Assembly: GCA_016748015.1 (NCBI GenBank)
Contig: JAAOMT010000571.1
Location: 1,181,095-1,245,094 of the forward strand
Length of the DNA: 64,000 nucleotides
Reading direction: 5' to 3'
Source: Geosiphon pyriformis uo1
Lineage: Eukaryota; Fungi; Glomeromycota
Shown: piece after piece, positions 13,400 through 27,835 of the stretch
Position numbering within the stretch: the first letter of the stretch is position 1
Layout: every line of letters starts with the position of its first letter
Position numbers and translations under genes: made by a program
The notes under the pieces: generated by a model
What the model was told of the DNA's origin: nothing
Database searches by the model: none
Seen by the model: the letters and a program-made list of their open reading frames with translations, nothing else

Positions 13400-14244
13400 T
13401 GTTACTCATAAAAAAAAAACAGATATAGAAAATAGTAGACCAATAAGTGAATAGTAGTTAGCATGTGAACACATTGTTCAACAATGTGGAGCAATGTCAG
13501 AAATCATGGCACATTGCTCAGCAATGTGGAGCAATATCAAAAATCATAGCATATTATTCAACAATGTGGAACAATATCAAGAAGATATAACACATTGCTT
13601 GAAAAATTATAGCACATTGCTTGAGAATGTGAGCAATCTCATAGAACCCAAATTATGTATATATAGTAGTAGTGCTAAAAGTAGAAAGAGATCAATCAGT
13701 TAGAAACCTTTCACATCACTAATATCAATAAATAATTATTCACCATCTCAATCCACTTTCCACTATCAACACTTCATGTTGATAGTAATTGCTACTTAAC
13801 TCCACTGGAACAATAGCTCTTGATCATGGCTATTGACGAATACTAACTTGCACATTGCCTTGGCTTATTTTTTTATTCTTCTTTTATTTTCTTTTTTTTC
13901 TTTTCTTTGATTTTATTGTTGTATACTAATTGATTAAGGATTAAAGTGCTGAGTAATTGACGTCATAAACAGTCTGGTAAAAGACTCAGAAATAAGGGTA
14001 GAATTATATATATTAACAGATAGCTTACCAGAAGGGCACAACTGCCAAAATAAACTGACCACCAAGCTGAAGACAGAAATTGGGAAAACAACTCAACAAC
14101 TAACTACATTACTGTTGAATCTTTGTTCATTATACAAAGAACTCCACAACAAAACCTTCAAATATCTCCAAGCATTTATATCAATTGAGCACCAAGTTAC
14201 AGGTTTGTTATTTGCTTTAAGACCCCAAATAATCATCTGTAACA
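13400..14244 (+). repeat. 3' LTR of Gypsy A1 (845 bp), preceded by PPT AAAAAGGAAGAGATAA (13384-13399)
   Basis: Direct repeat of 3237-4118; purine tract immediately upstream. Confidence 0.95.
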
Positions 14245-15245
14245 ACATCTAATGACTCAAATTCTACTATAGCCTTTTGCCAAAGCCCAATCAGTTGCAT
14301 TCTAACTGAAATTACCTGACCAAATTTAGAGAACACTGACTTAATCACCAATTTGGAAAGATCTACTGGAATCTCTTTAATGATTACCTCCTAATCTGAA
14401 TGGCTATTTACTTTTCTTAGATCATTATTAACAATAATTTTCTTACAGATTGCCAATTTTTTTGTCTTTTTCATACTAAACTTAGATGTAAATGAAGCTC
14501 TAATGATCCCTGAGAATTTCAAGGGAATTAATGCCCCTTCTCCAAAACCATCAATTTGATAGAAGATTTTTTTGATTGCAATTAACTTATTACCATTTGT
14601 TTTTCCAGGCACAGCAGACAACTCAACATCCAATGTGAACAATTTGACTGGTTCAAAACTATGTTTTTTCAGAACATGTGACTTAACAGGCAACAGTTGA
14701 TTGGAACCATTGAACTTTGGAGATGGAAGACCCAGCACACTCTCATTATTGCTCATAGTGTCAAATGTTAAAGCCTTTGGAGAGTTGCCCAACATGTATA
14801 TTCAGATATGAGTTTTTCTTGGTATAGCATCATTTATATCATTGTTCTTATTTGATTCAGCATAGCTTATTTCCTTGGCAATTATGTTTGCCATATTCTC
14901 AACATCCGAAAGATCATTTACACTGCTAGCAACACTTCTAATCTTGTTTTCCCAGAATACAATAAGCTTATCACCAGAAATGCCAATATTTTCTAGTATC
15001 AGAGAGCCAATAGACAAGTTGACCAAAACACCACCAGCATCAGGTTTTTTCAGCTTCTTATATGATACAACATGAGAGTAAATGCTTTCTATGCACTTCT
15101 TCTTAATGTTTAAACAGGTCTCCAAACCAGCCAAGCCTGAAACAGAACCACCAGCAGAAGAGCCTACTGGTTTTATAACAACAAAAACAGGCGTATTAAA
15201 AGAAATAACTATGAAAAAGTAAAAAAAAAGGAAAAAAAGAGTTTG
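14245..15245 (-). mobile_element. LINE-1 5' part (ORF1 N-terminus and 5' UTR)
   Basis: ORF fragments 14391-14795 and 14802-15134 align with ORF1 of the other LINEs (KKIFYQIDGFG..PLKFSGIIRASFTS). 5' boundary is approximate. Confidence 0.85.
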
Positions 15246-15859
15246 TTAATTCTTCAATAAATTTTTGCTCTTGTTTTTTTTTATATATGATTAATTACTT
15301 GAATTAATTAAAACAATATTAATTTATATTATTAAAAACACATTTGTATTTACAAAAATTAACAAAAAACAATAATAAAATAATATTAAAACCAAAACTA
15401 ACTAAAATATTATAAATAAAACTTTTATTATAAATATTTATTACAATATTAATCATAAATAAATATTTAATATTAAGCAAAACAGATTTAAATATTTTTA
15501 TACTTAATTTTAAACTTAAAATTTAATAACCAAATATTTAATCTATAATAAATTACTATTTTACAAATAAATTTCATAAAATTACATTAATTTAAGACTA
15601 TTTTTAAACACTAAAATTATTTTAAAAATTAATTCTTAAAAATAAAACTTTTGACAACAGCTATATAAATATTTAATAAAATTTATTTTAAAAACCAAAC
15701 TTTTTTTAAATTAATACTGCTTAAAAATTTATAATACAATTATTATACTAAAATTAATTATTTATTAATTTTAATAATAACTTAGTTACTATTATATTTG
15801 AATTAAAAACAATTTTTTTAAATTTTTTATTTTTTACTTTTTTTTTTGTATTATTAAAT

Positions 15860-16030
15860 AGTTTATAGTTAAAAATTTTTATAAAAAAATTGATTTTTAT
15901 TGCAAAATAACTACATATTATTAAAAAGTTTACAAACAAAATATTTTTGTAAAAAAATTGACTTTTATTGTAAAGTAATTATATAAATAATTAATATAAA
16001 ATTGGTTTTTTTATTATAAGTTTAATAGTA
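15860..16030 (+). repeat. Heavily AT-eroded relic of a family-B LTR core
   Basis: Retains the doubled motif AAAA-TTGAY-TTTT..CAAA-TAACTACA seen in the reverse complement of family-B LTRs. Ends not resolvable. Confidence 0.55.
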
Positions 16031-18727
16031 ATAATAATTCAAAGTATAAAGAAATATTTTGAAAATAAATTTACTAGTATTTATTAACAATAAAATTAAC
16101 AACAAATAGTATTAATAATATTAAAAAAAAAACTTAATAATACTATATTTAAATTTGTAACCAATAAAAAAGTTTTAAATACAAACTAAAATATTAAAAA
16201 AAAAGATAAAACAAATAAAAATTTGGTTAATTTACAAAGAATTTCAAAAATTTGGTTTGTTAAAAACTTTAAAAAATACTCAAAAATATTTAAATAGTTA
16301 CTTAAAAATAAAAAAATAAAAAAAAGAACAACAGTATTAAAAAAAAATAAACCAAAAGAAAAAAGTTCAAAAAAAATACCAAAATAATTATTACTATTAG
16401 AAATTTAAATAAACAAAACTATTTGGCTTATAATTTGTTTTCAAAAGTTATTGAATATAAAATAGAAATATTTTTTTTAATATATAAGTAGATAAAATAA
16501 AAATAATTATTATTTAAAAGTAATTTTTTATAAAACTTTTTAAAAAAAAGACAAAATTTTCAAAAAAGTTGTATTTTAATATAAAATAACCAAAATATTT
16601 ATATTTTTACAATTAAGTTCAATTTAATCTGTAAAAAATTAATATTATTAAAAACAAATATAATATAATATATTAGATTTAAAGTTTTTTTAAACTTAAA
16701 ATACACAATAATATAATAAATTTTAGTATTAATATCTAATAAATAATTAATAATATATGTTTTTTTATTAATAATATTTAATAATATACAGATTATATAC
16801 AAATATATCTGTAAACAAAATAAACAATAATTTTTTGTAATAATTTTTAATACAGTTAAATCTAAAATAATCCATATTATTAGTGAATATAAATTACTAT
16901 AAGTTATTACAAATTATAAGTTTTTTTAGATTTAAGTATATATAGTATATATATAATAAAAATAAATATAATATTATTAAAAAATAAATTTATTTGCATA
17001 TTCTTATAAGAATTTTTAAATAGCTTATATGATATTAAAGAAACTTATAAGAATTATTGTTTTTATTTTTCTTGTATTTTCTTATAAAATATATATTTAA
17101 TATAAACAAGTTTACTAACTGTATCATAAAATTTTTTGCTATTTTTAAGCTCCATAAACTGTTCAAATTTTGTAATAGCAGTTAGTATATTTTTAATACT
17201 TATTATTTTTTGTACTTCTTGTTTTTTATTAGAGCTATTATTCTTTATTTTATGATTTGTTATAATATAATTTACAATTTTATTATTATTTAAATGTTTC
17301 AAAATAATTGTATTATTTTTTTCAGATAAATTTATCAATTTTTTAATTAATAAATATGTATAATTTGGCTGTATGCAATTAAACTTTTTGTAGTAATCTT
17401 TAATTTTTTTAATATTATTTTTTAATTATAATTAGCTATTATTTCTAAGTTTGCAGTTTCATTTTAAAAGTTGTTATTTGTATTGATTAAAAAAATGCCA
17501 ACTTTGTACTAGCAATAAGTAATTGTTTTATTTGAAACATTTTTCTATGTTCTATAAATTAGACATATTACTTAAAGTTGGTTAATTACATAAATATTAT
17601 TAGTATTATTATCAAAAAAATCCAATACATAATAAAAAAATAGTGACAGTAATGTGCCTTAAAACAATAAATAATTTTAGCATTTATAGACTAAATATGT
17701 GCTGTTAAATTAGATATAAATTATTCTATATAAATATTTGTAATAAATTTTATATTATAGTTATAACTAGCAAAATTATCTATTAGCAACAATATGTTTT
17801 GGTTTTTTTTACATAGTTAATAGTTTTAATTAACAAGCTATTATTAAAAAATATTACCAATTATTTAAATATAAGTGTTTGAATAATACTAAAAACCAAG
17901 TTGCTTTTCTGTTTTTTTTGAAAACAATATGAATATTTAATATAATTAATAATAAGTAATAGCAAATATTTAGTTTTATTAGTATTAATTGTAAAAATAA
18001 GTATTAGTTGTATTTTTAATTGTTTGATATTATAATATAATATTGTAAAAAGACTTTAATTTGGTAATATAACATAAAATAATGTAGTTTTATTTATATT
18101 AAAAATATTATATAATCTTTAATTAGCAAAAAATATTATTATATATACTTATTTGTTTTTAATATGTTTAATATTAACTAATAATATATTATCATAAAAG
18201 TAAAATGAACACAATTCAACATGATTTTTAAAGCTTTTAAGCTTTTAAGCCAGCTATTAAATAGTTTTTGATATTCATTTTCTGAAATATCTAATTAATT
18301 ATAAAACTTTATGTCAGTAGTTTAAATTATATCTCTAATAAGTATTATTTTATGTAATTTTGTCTTTTGAACAAAAATAACAAGTGCCTTATAAAAGTTA
18401 AGATTACATACTATATATATATACTTGCTAGTTAAATTACATAATATATTTGCTTATGTATAAAAATTTGGTTTATTTTTGACTCAAGCTGAAACTAAAG
18501 ACTATTTTATATATAAAAAACCATTTTTTTTAAAGTGTCTTATAGTTTTTGATTGGTTTTTATTATTTGTATAATACCAATCAAGTACTATAAGCTTATT
18601 ATAAAATATAGTATTTTTACAACTTTGTAAAATACAAACTAAAAAAATAGTATGCTTTTTCCTATTAAATATAATATAATCAAAAGACAAAAAAAAAGTA
18701 TGATTAAGACTTTGATTAGATAGAGCT

Positions 18728-19165
18728 AATTCAAAAATTCGACTTGATTATTTACACAATTGATAATAATTTAAAACTTGAAACAATTCAAAACTTTGAT
18801 TTGATTACTTATACAATCAATAATAATTTAGAACTTGTAACAATTCAAAACTTCGACTTAATTACTCATAAGATTAATAATAATTTAAAAGTTGGAACAA
18901 TTTAAAACTCCAATTTAATTCTTTATACAATTGATGATAATTTAAAACTTAGAACAATTCAAAACTTTGACTTAATTACTTATATAATTAATAATAATTT
19001 AGAACTTAGGACAATTTCAAACTCCAACTTAATTATTTACAAAGTCAATAATAATTTAAAACTTAAGATAATTCAAACTTTGACTTAATTACTTATACAA
19101 TTGATAATAATTTAAAACTTAAAACAATTGAAACTACAACTTAATTACTTATATGATTAATAATT
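18728..19165. repeat. Tandem array of ~7.5 copies of a 57-bp unit
   Basis: Unit approx. AATTCAAAACTTTGACTTAATTACTTATACAATTGATAATAATTTAAAACTTAGAAC starting at ~18728, 18785, 18842, 18899, 18956, 19013, 19070, 19126. Confidence 0.9.
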
Positions 19166-19723
19166 ATTCTTTAAATAAGTAATATTATATTATTATATAG
19201 TATTTTTAGTCATGAAAATATTGGTTTGTTTTACTGTAATTTTATCAGAATTAGCAGAATTTAAATTAAATCTAGCATCTAAGATAACTTATATTAACAA
19301 TAAAAAGTTATGAATTATTAGATATTACAGATATGAGTTATAAACATAGAAATTTTTTAACTACCAAATTGGTAAATTCAAAATACTATAACTTATTACA
19401 AATTATAAATTATTTTAGTATAAATTATCTTAGGTTTAACTGTAATTATGTTTTATAATTTATATTAATTTTGATTATATATACAATTTTTTTAATCAAA
19501 ATAAACTAATTTAAAGCCAAAAAATTAGTTTAATTCAATTTGGCAAATTTTATTATAGCTTTTTGTTATAGTTAAATAAATTGTAATTAAATTAATATTA
19601 TTTAACTAAAATACAAATAAAACTGAGACAATTGTTTCTTTAAATATATTTATAAAAATTTTTTTTACAATCATATTTTAATTTAAATATATTTTTTGTT
19701 TTTTAAAATTGTTATTTATCTGA

Positions 19724-22700
19724 ATTTTTTTTTTTTTATTAAGTTTAATGAGTGAAGTCCAAATACTGCCTAGTGATAATACATTAAAATAATGATCTAT
19801 ACTAAGTGTGAATTATGCTTTTACTATATGTAATTAGCTACTCAAGCCAACCAGGACTACACTATACACCCATGGACACAAAAACCAAATCACTTATACC
19901 TAAAAAAAACTGACAGAAACTATGTAACCCAAAACTAACACCAAACACATTGTCAATACCAAGCAGTCTAATCACATAGACTGAAAGCATTGACATGCCA
20001 CCAGACACTGAAACAGGAATTGAACCATTGTAAGAGATCAAACTGTGTTTCTCCATAAAAGCTCAATGTTTAGAGCAGACCAGCCAAATATCATTTCTAA
20101 AAGACAAGCACAAACTGCAAACAAACTCAACCATCTTATCAGATGCAGTTTTAGAGTTGTCAAAGCAAGAAGTGGCTTTCTGGTACCAATCCATGAGCAC
20201 AAAACCTTTGTACAGAGAAGCAACTAGACCCAAATCAGTCAAATGATCAGATAACATTTGTGACACAAGAGATAAGGCATAGAATAAACCAGAAACAACT
20301 CTCCAAGTAGAAGCAAAATCAACAAACAATTGGAGCTGAGCAGCTACATTAAATGCACAAAAAAACACATGGTCTGACACTTTAACATCACCACAATACA
20401 AATACACTACACTGGAGTAATATTTATCATAGAGGCATTTGTGAATACCAACAGACAGTTTATGATGTAAAGCTTTCATAAAATAGGAACAAGAGCCAGC
20501 AGAGTGGCAACTTGTAAAACCAGCAGCCATATGAGAGTTAGAATGCCAAACAAGAGATGATCTAGACCAATCAACATTTGGAAGCAGATGACTGTCCACA
20601 ATTTTGACACCAGAGCCTAATTTCTAGCATGTGCAATGGATAAACCAAAAAACATCACAAACAAAGTGTCAAGAGTTACCAGAAACAATACTGTCATTTG
20701 CCAAAATAAAACACTTCTTGAGCCAGGAGGGAGGGGGGAGGAGCCAGCCTGAATGAAAAGAGACACCAGCAAGCAAATCAGTCTGCATATTATCCATAAC
20801 ACCTAAGTGTTCTTTAACCTTATACCAGCCAACATTCAAATTCCTTTTACATATGATGTCAGCAATGTGTCGACATTTGACCCAATATTTGTTCCAGAAA
20901 TCCGGAACCAACAACAATAATTCAGCTCTACACACATTCAAAACAGCTTTGGCTGTCAGAGAATAAACAGACTGAACTTGAACTAGGCACACACTCAAGG
21001 GCCAATGCTATGGCTTAAAGCTCTGCCAACATAGAAGACACCATACCAGTTACTTCTACTCCAAGACCTAAGTTAATGTCCTCGAAGAACACAGCAGTAC
21101 CAGCTTTCATATTAACACTCCCTAGGCCACAAAGAGATCCATCCATGTACATAGAAAAGCCAGAGGCACCAACACTAGACAATCAATTATGTATTGTCCT
21201 AAACTTATGAGATTCAAGAATGTTCTTCACAACAGCACCATCTGAAAGAAAAGAGCAAACATCAAGAGTACCAAAATTATGGAGATGTCAAATGACAGCA
21301 CCAAACCAGACAGGAACAGGACCATATGGGTCAAGTTTTTTCCACTACTTGAAAGTCTTCCAGTTGAAAACAGTCCCATCATGGCACTGAAACTACTCAA
21401 CAAAAACAATTCTATAATAACAAAAAAAAAAAGGCACTTGAAATACATAGACTCACCAAGGACACCAGATAAAGAAGTCTCATACTGGAAGTAAAAAGCA
21501 TTACACTTAAGATTGCCCAAAGATAAACCAGAACTGAGAAAGACCCGAACCACACCCACCAAGAAGTTGTTCAAAGAATTAACATTAATGCAAATAGGGA
21601 TATACTGGACACCAATTCACAACCTGCAAGTTATGCAATCTATGCTTAAACAATTGGCCCAAAACCCCAACAGAGTTGGCAAAACACACCATAGCAGTGA
21701 TCTTGTCTTCAGCTTGGATCTGCTCAAAAGTCTTTAAGCCATAAAATAAGGAATGGTGCAAAACATTATTAGGAAAGTTCAGGAGCAGACCCGATTTCAA
21801 TTTCAGGCCCTTCTGAATTAAAACATTTTATTTTTGGCACACACTAGCAGAAATGAAACTAAACTGGGTCCTATAACTAATGATAAGATAAAAAACAGCC
21901 AAAACCAAATAAAAGAACTGTTTGTCTGAAATAGCTTTCCTTAGAACAAGATTGGCAAAAAACTGTACATTCAAATGCACTTTAGCCAGGTTAGACTTAG
22001 ATAACCCATTAGAGGAAAGAAAAATTCCCAGATATCAATGAGATGTTTCTTTTTTGGCGATGGAAATAGAGGCACCACAGACAGATAAAAAAGGAGCCAC
22101 CACTCTACAATTAATCGGGATTGCTACAGTTTTGTTGTTGTTGATTGAGATATTATTCATTCTGAAAAATTTACTGGCAATGTTAAGAATATGTTGTGTA
22201 GTCATCTGACTAGAACCAACCCATATAGTATTATTGACAAATGCACCCACAGCAAGAAAAGAGATCAAACTATCTCAAGAATCAATGCGACCAGATTTGA
22301 CAACATAATGCGAATTTAGCCTATAACTATACACTGCCTCTTGTCTTTTTATCTCACACAGCAAAGTGTCATAAAAAATACGCCAAAAAAGAGATGAGAA
22401 CACTTCCTCCTGATCTAAGCCATCATGAACACTATATCTATTAGTCAGCCCAAAATCAGTTATTACTCTGTTTATGCAACCATTGTAAATACTCCCAAAA
22501 AATTTTATGAATCTATTGCACATTTTGATTCTGACCAAACTTTTTCTCAAATGTTTCCAACCAATTGAGTCATATGCTTTTTTTATGTCTTGCAAAACTA
22601 ACCAAAGTTCATGATTCTTTTCTAAAGCATCTTTAACTACCAAATCAATAGCAAAAATAGAGGACTGCATTGTTGTACTTTTAAGAACTAAGAAGTTGTC

Positions 22701-25700
22701 ACCACAAAAAACGTCATACTTACTACACGCCATGGAGATTCTATCAGAGAGAATCTTAGAAAGAATCTTATGGGCAGTTTCAATCAGTGTTATGGGTCAG
22801 GTGTTTGTAAGAACCGCTTTCTAGTTATAAGGTTTAGGAATCATAAACACCCAGGCCTCCTTCCAAGGACCTGGAACAGATCCACAAATTAAACAAGAGT
22901 TCAAAAGCACCAAAAGTGAATCCAAAACAGACCTGTCACAATGTTTCTATAGTTCATTTGTAATACTAAAAAGACCAGCAGCTTTATTATCAGGCAAACC
23001 TGAAACCACACCAAAAAAATCTTCCACCACAATCAAATGCATGACGTTTGAAAAGACATTATCAAAGACATATTCCAAGAGTTGAAATTGGCAATGTTAG
23101 TCATCCGAAATATTATCAGCCACCACATGCTTTCTAGTCCAGCCCTCCATAATTCTATCGACATAATCCTTGACCAAACCAGGCTCCAAAATAAAATCTT
23201 TATCCACAACCAAGTGATCCAATGTGACTTTGCAAAACAGTCACTCAAGTACATTTCTAATAGTTTGGCCTTTATTTAACTCAAATTTCTCCATCCTTTT
23301 GTCAATTGCTAGCCTAATTTGAGAGTTCCTAGCACATTTTGATTCCATCATTTTGAGAGAACAATAAAACTTTCTAATCTTTGCCAAAGCTGATCTAATA
23401 GCATCAAAATGAGATCCCAAAAGAAAAAAAAATTTGATAATAAAAGCATTAACAGAGTTCAAAGACATCCAAACATCCAACAAGAAGACAAATTCAATTG
23501 ATGACACTGAATGTGAAGCCTTCACCAACTTAGAAACCAAAAGTTTCAATCTATGATAACAGTGTTACGGTTTAAGAATTTAGCAAAAAGAATCATAAAA
23601 ATAATACAAACTATTCAATCATAATATAGCACAGTAATAATCTTAGAAAGGTAATGATTAACATAGTAGCAAACACCATCTCGCAATAGTGGCAAGCACT
23701 AGTTCACAATAGCAGCCAACACCAACTGGTAATAGCAGCAAACACCAGATTGAAATATCAAAAAGAAAGTATTTTCTCATAGAACTACAAACATGTATAT
23801 ATACAGTAGTTTTAATATTGGGAAATAAAAAAAAAATCAAGTAATAAAAATCATAACTTATCAAGCAACAGATCCAATTTTATCCAACAAACCCCACTTG
23901 AAATCATACTTTCAAATTAAATATCCCAAGAAACCTTTAAAAATCAAAAAGAAATGAAAAAGAATATTTAAAACGGAACTATCACAACCCAAAGTATTAA
24001 GAAACTTACTTGTATTATTTATTGAATGAAACTATCATTCATCAACTGAATCCCTTGGAAGAATAATCCTTGATCAAGATTATTCACGTTGTTACTAATT
24101 GATAAAAGCTTTATTGTGAAAATTAGAAAAGTGCTAAAGACCATTAACATTCTGTGTTTCTAGATTAGAGAAACACATCAGGCAATTGCAAGGATAGCCT
24201 CAGAGAAGATCCCAGACAGTGGGTAGATTTCAGTTCAGCCTCTGAGAAGGAGTACATAAACACACACAACAATCAAGAATTAAAGAATAACTTACATCGC
24301 AACAGTAAAAAGAAAGCCTTCAGTGTAACAGTGACATTATCACACAAATAGAATTGAGGAACTCACGAAAGACTGATTGCAATTAAAGCGGGATATCAGC
24401 AATTAAATATAACAAGAAAACCATCCCGTAACAGCAGGAAGAGCTTTTGGTAAAACCATCATTAAAATTTTTAAACCAGGTTTTTGAGAAAACTTCATTC
24501 ACTAAAAAACAAATGGCTTTACAAATAACACTCCACATGCCATCTAGATCAGATGCACTGTGAGAGTCTGTAAATTCATCAGAAAACATGGCAAAATTAT
24601 CATGAGATGCAATTCTATACTACTCTCATTTAATCTCATTAGCATTTTTGACATTAAACTTTCACTTGGCTTTATTGGCTTGAACACGAATAGCCCTTAA
24701 AACAGGATCCAAAATTCCACCAAAACCAATTGTAATATAAACAGAACTATAATCAGTGTTAAAGAATTCATCCACATCAACAACACACACCTTTACTAAA
24801 ACATTACTCAAACTTTGAGAAACAAAAATGTAGTCAATGGTTCTCTCAAAACTCCTGGAATTCTTCCAAGTAAAAGCCTTAATATGAGAACTGTTAACCA
24901 ATGTATTGACTAGACCAAAATCCGCACACTTACTAAAGCTAGAGCTATGTTTGTTCCCATTCTTATTGAAATTACTACCCAAAATAACAAAAATACTTTT
25001 ATTACAAGCTCTGGCTATAAAAAAATTAACAAAACCAGCCTGAATCATATGCTTATTCAGAGAAGTCTCCACATATAAACCCAACACAAAAACAGATTGT
25101 TTGTTTTTAAATAACAAATGGATCATCAAAAGTCTGCCCAGAATCTCAGAAATTTTTGAAACATGTTTGGCTAATTTTTCATTCATGATTAAAGCTATGC
25201 CCACACCCAAAAACCCAGCATCCAGACCTGAAATAAACACCTTTACACCAGGAAACTTATTTGCAATCCAAGACTTGATGCTGGAGCAAAGCTTAGTTTC
25301 AGTAACTATTGAAATGTCATTATTCAAAACCATGTGCCATTTAATAATATCATCCTGCTTGGCAGGAACATTCATATCTCTAACATTACAAGTAGCAATT
25401 TTCCAAGCTAAACTACTTATTAAGGAAGGGAAGGGGTTATCATACCACTGCCAGAACCAAAAGAGTCCAATTTATTCAATATCACCTTAATTGAATTCTC
25501 CAGAACCACTAGGTTAGTCTCCAGACCACTCACTTTTGCAGTTAAAACATGAGCACCACTTGGAAAAATTTCCTAGAAAACAGCAGTGACCACATTAGGC
25601 ACAGGAGGAACAAATAATAGAGCATTAACAGCCATGTTCAGCACAGGATTATATTTGGAAGAGAATAGAACAGCAAAATTTGCTGATAAAACAGCCAGCA

Positions 25701-27410
25701 ACCTGTCCAGTTTAGATGAAATATTTGCCACCTGATCTAACACATTCTTAAATAAACGCTCAAAGACACTAACACGTGAAGCCAGAATCTTAACCACAGA
25801 CATTAAACTATTGACTGAACCTATGCTCGAATTGTTCTCAATGAGCAGTATAGAATATGAATTTTTAGAGGAGCCACTTATCACAAAAGCCCAAGTCGCA
25901 CCACTGAAAAATACTAGACAAAATACGGGTGTCTGCTTTTTGGCATAAATGAGCACAAGGTGTCTCTTATCTGAATCAGAACAGAAAAATCTTTTTTTTT
26001 GGAACTCTGCCCACTGTCTTTCTCACCATTTTTACAGCCAGACAAAATATGACCAAAATTCTCACATATAGCACACTTAGGAAAAGACAAACCAGCCCAA
26101 ACAAGGTTGACACCCTGGAACACTGGTGTAAAGTGAATGGCAGCTTTTCTGGCATTGTTAGAATCAAAACATATAACAGCACAGTAGGCTCATGTATAAG
26201 ATACTGAATTCCTAGAAATGTAACAAGTTTTTCCACCATATGACTGAACCAAGTCTGAGAAATTGTGGGCAGTTGTGTCTATCAGCAGAGTGTATAGAAG
26301 AGCGTGATAGCTGTTCCTTAAATCCCACATTTGTTTGTTGGTATTGGCTTTGGCAACACATACCGAATCCTTACCTAACAAGATTGACCATTTAGACACA
26401 ACCAGGTCAGCGACCTGAAAACTCTTGAACTCCACTAGCGCTTTCTGCCAGAGACCAATAAGCTGTATTTTGATTGAAAAAATTTTCTCATACTTAACCA
26501 AAGCAGATTCAATTACCGATTTGGGCAGATTGACTGGAATCTCCTTGATAACAATTTCCTGATCCGAATGTATGCCAATTTTTTTGAGATCAGCATTAAT
26601 GACAAGATTCTTAGACACAGCCAATTGTTTAGCCATAGCGAAACTAGAATCAGATATAAAAGATGCCTGAATGATGCCTGGAAATTTTGAAGGAGTCAAC
26701 GCACCTCCAAAACTGTCAATTTTGTAGAATAGTGACCTGACACCCTTGAGTTTGTTACATAGAGTACTTCTGAGAACAGCCAACAGACCAATGTTGAGTG
26801 CAAAAGATTTGGCAGGTTCAAAACAGAGTTTTTCCTTGACAGAAGCAACAGGATGATAAAAGAGTCTCAAAGAAACAGGAGAAGGTAAGCCTATATCGAA
26901 GTCATTAATAGCTAAGCCAAAATCATAAAGACCCAGAGATGGAGCATTCACTGTACCAGAGTTGAAACGTTTTGCCTTTGGGGTGTTGGTACAAGAGTCC
27001 AACTGTCTATCACTCTCATTACCAGCACTATAGCCCATGTTTTTGTCTATCTTGCACTCCAACTTTTCATTGTAAGAGGTATCTATATTTTCATATTGAC
27101 TGGAAGTGTTTGCAGGCAGTTTGTAAGTTAAATCAGCTTTGTCATCCGAGTGTTTGATTTTGTCAAGTAAAACCTTAGGTTTTTGCCTCAGACTTCTACT
27201 CACAGAGCTTGCAGTGGCACTTCTGGCCCATTTTTTCATGGACATAGCATTGACAGTATCAAATGCCAAAGGGACAACAAAGGAATTGGTGAGTTGAGAA
27301 ATTGTGAAAACCAAGCAAAATAAAAGATAAGAACAGATAAAAAACCAAAAAACTTCTTTCAGAAAGTGCACTATTTTAGGAATTTGGGACATAAAAGAGA
27401 AAGAAGTTTT
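19724..27410 (-). mobile_element. LINE-2 copy, near full length: ORF1 (~27390-25420), ORF2 APE-RT-RNase H-ZnF (~25420-19862), 3' UTR and poly(A)
   Basis: ETKL/SNFN/IDYIF/TDY (APE), QDIKKAYDSI, GLDQEE, AFVNN from AFVDD (RT), MDGSL and W.KVKEH (RNase H), CGDVKVSDHVFFC; AATAAA-poly(A) at 19740-19724. Confidence 0.93.
23563..24433 (+). mobile_element. Solo LTR (871 bp, third LTR family) inserted in LINE-2 ORF2
   Basis: Perfect 8-bp terminal IR TGTTACGG...CCGTAACA; TSD ACAG/GCAG; removal restores TKSSSCYHRLKLLVSKL. Orientation inferred from ATGTATATATA ~23792. Confidence 0.88.
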
Positions 27411-27741
27411 TAAATTTATTTTTTTTTATTAGCTATTATTATAGTTTATTTATGTTTTTTTAGATATAAAAATAAATTTAATAATTTTTTTAAATTTTAA
27501 AAAAGTAATAATTCTTTTAAATTTATTTACAAATAAGAATAATTTTTAAATTATTATTATTTTAATTATAGTATTTTTTTTAATTAAAAACAGATTAATA
27601 TTTAATACATAAAATTTCTTAATAAATATTTTTATTAAAGTTTTAATAATTTTTAGATTAATTTTTTTTAAAACAATACAATTAAACAAAAAAGAATAAT
27701 TTTATTATTATTTATATTATAATTACAAATATTAAAAAAAA

Positions 27742-27835
27742 TATGTGTAGACAATACATAAGCCACATTTAGTTTGATTCATTTCTGTATACTAGATAGT
27801 AGTTAGGTTGTATTTGTTAATAAAATAAAATAAAA
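27742..27835 (+). mobile_element. Short 5'-truncated LINE 3'-end fragment
   Basis: ATGTGTAGACAATACATAAGCCACATTTA...GTAGTTAGGTTGTATTTGTTAATAAAA resembles the LINE-3 3' UTR (59452-59555). Confidence 0.5.

Larger units (their letters stand above)
3237..14244 (+). mobile_element. Full-length Ty3/Gypsy LTR retrotransposon, family A copy 1 (degenerate), inserted in LINE-1 ORF1
   Basis: TGTTAC...GTAACA termini, two LTRs, 4-bp TSD ACAT (3233-3236 / 14245-14248), PBS and PPT. Removing it restores the LINE ORF1 frame (AIVEFESLDVARLVTSKW). Confidence 0.96.

Noticed and set aside
13800-13850. Possible hammerhead ribozyme (CTGGAA-stem-GACGAA)
   Set aside because: Lacks the CUGANGA core and flanking stems I/III; treated only as a hairpin.
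15250-18700. Short K/N/I/F-rich ORFs in AT-rich DNA (also 28050-28241, 60495-60701)
   Set aside because: Compositional artefacts of eroded repeats; no motifs.
27400-27450. TSD for LINE-2
   Set aside because: No convincing match to the sequence beside the poly(A) in this low-complexity AT context.
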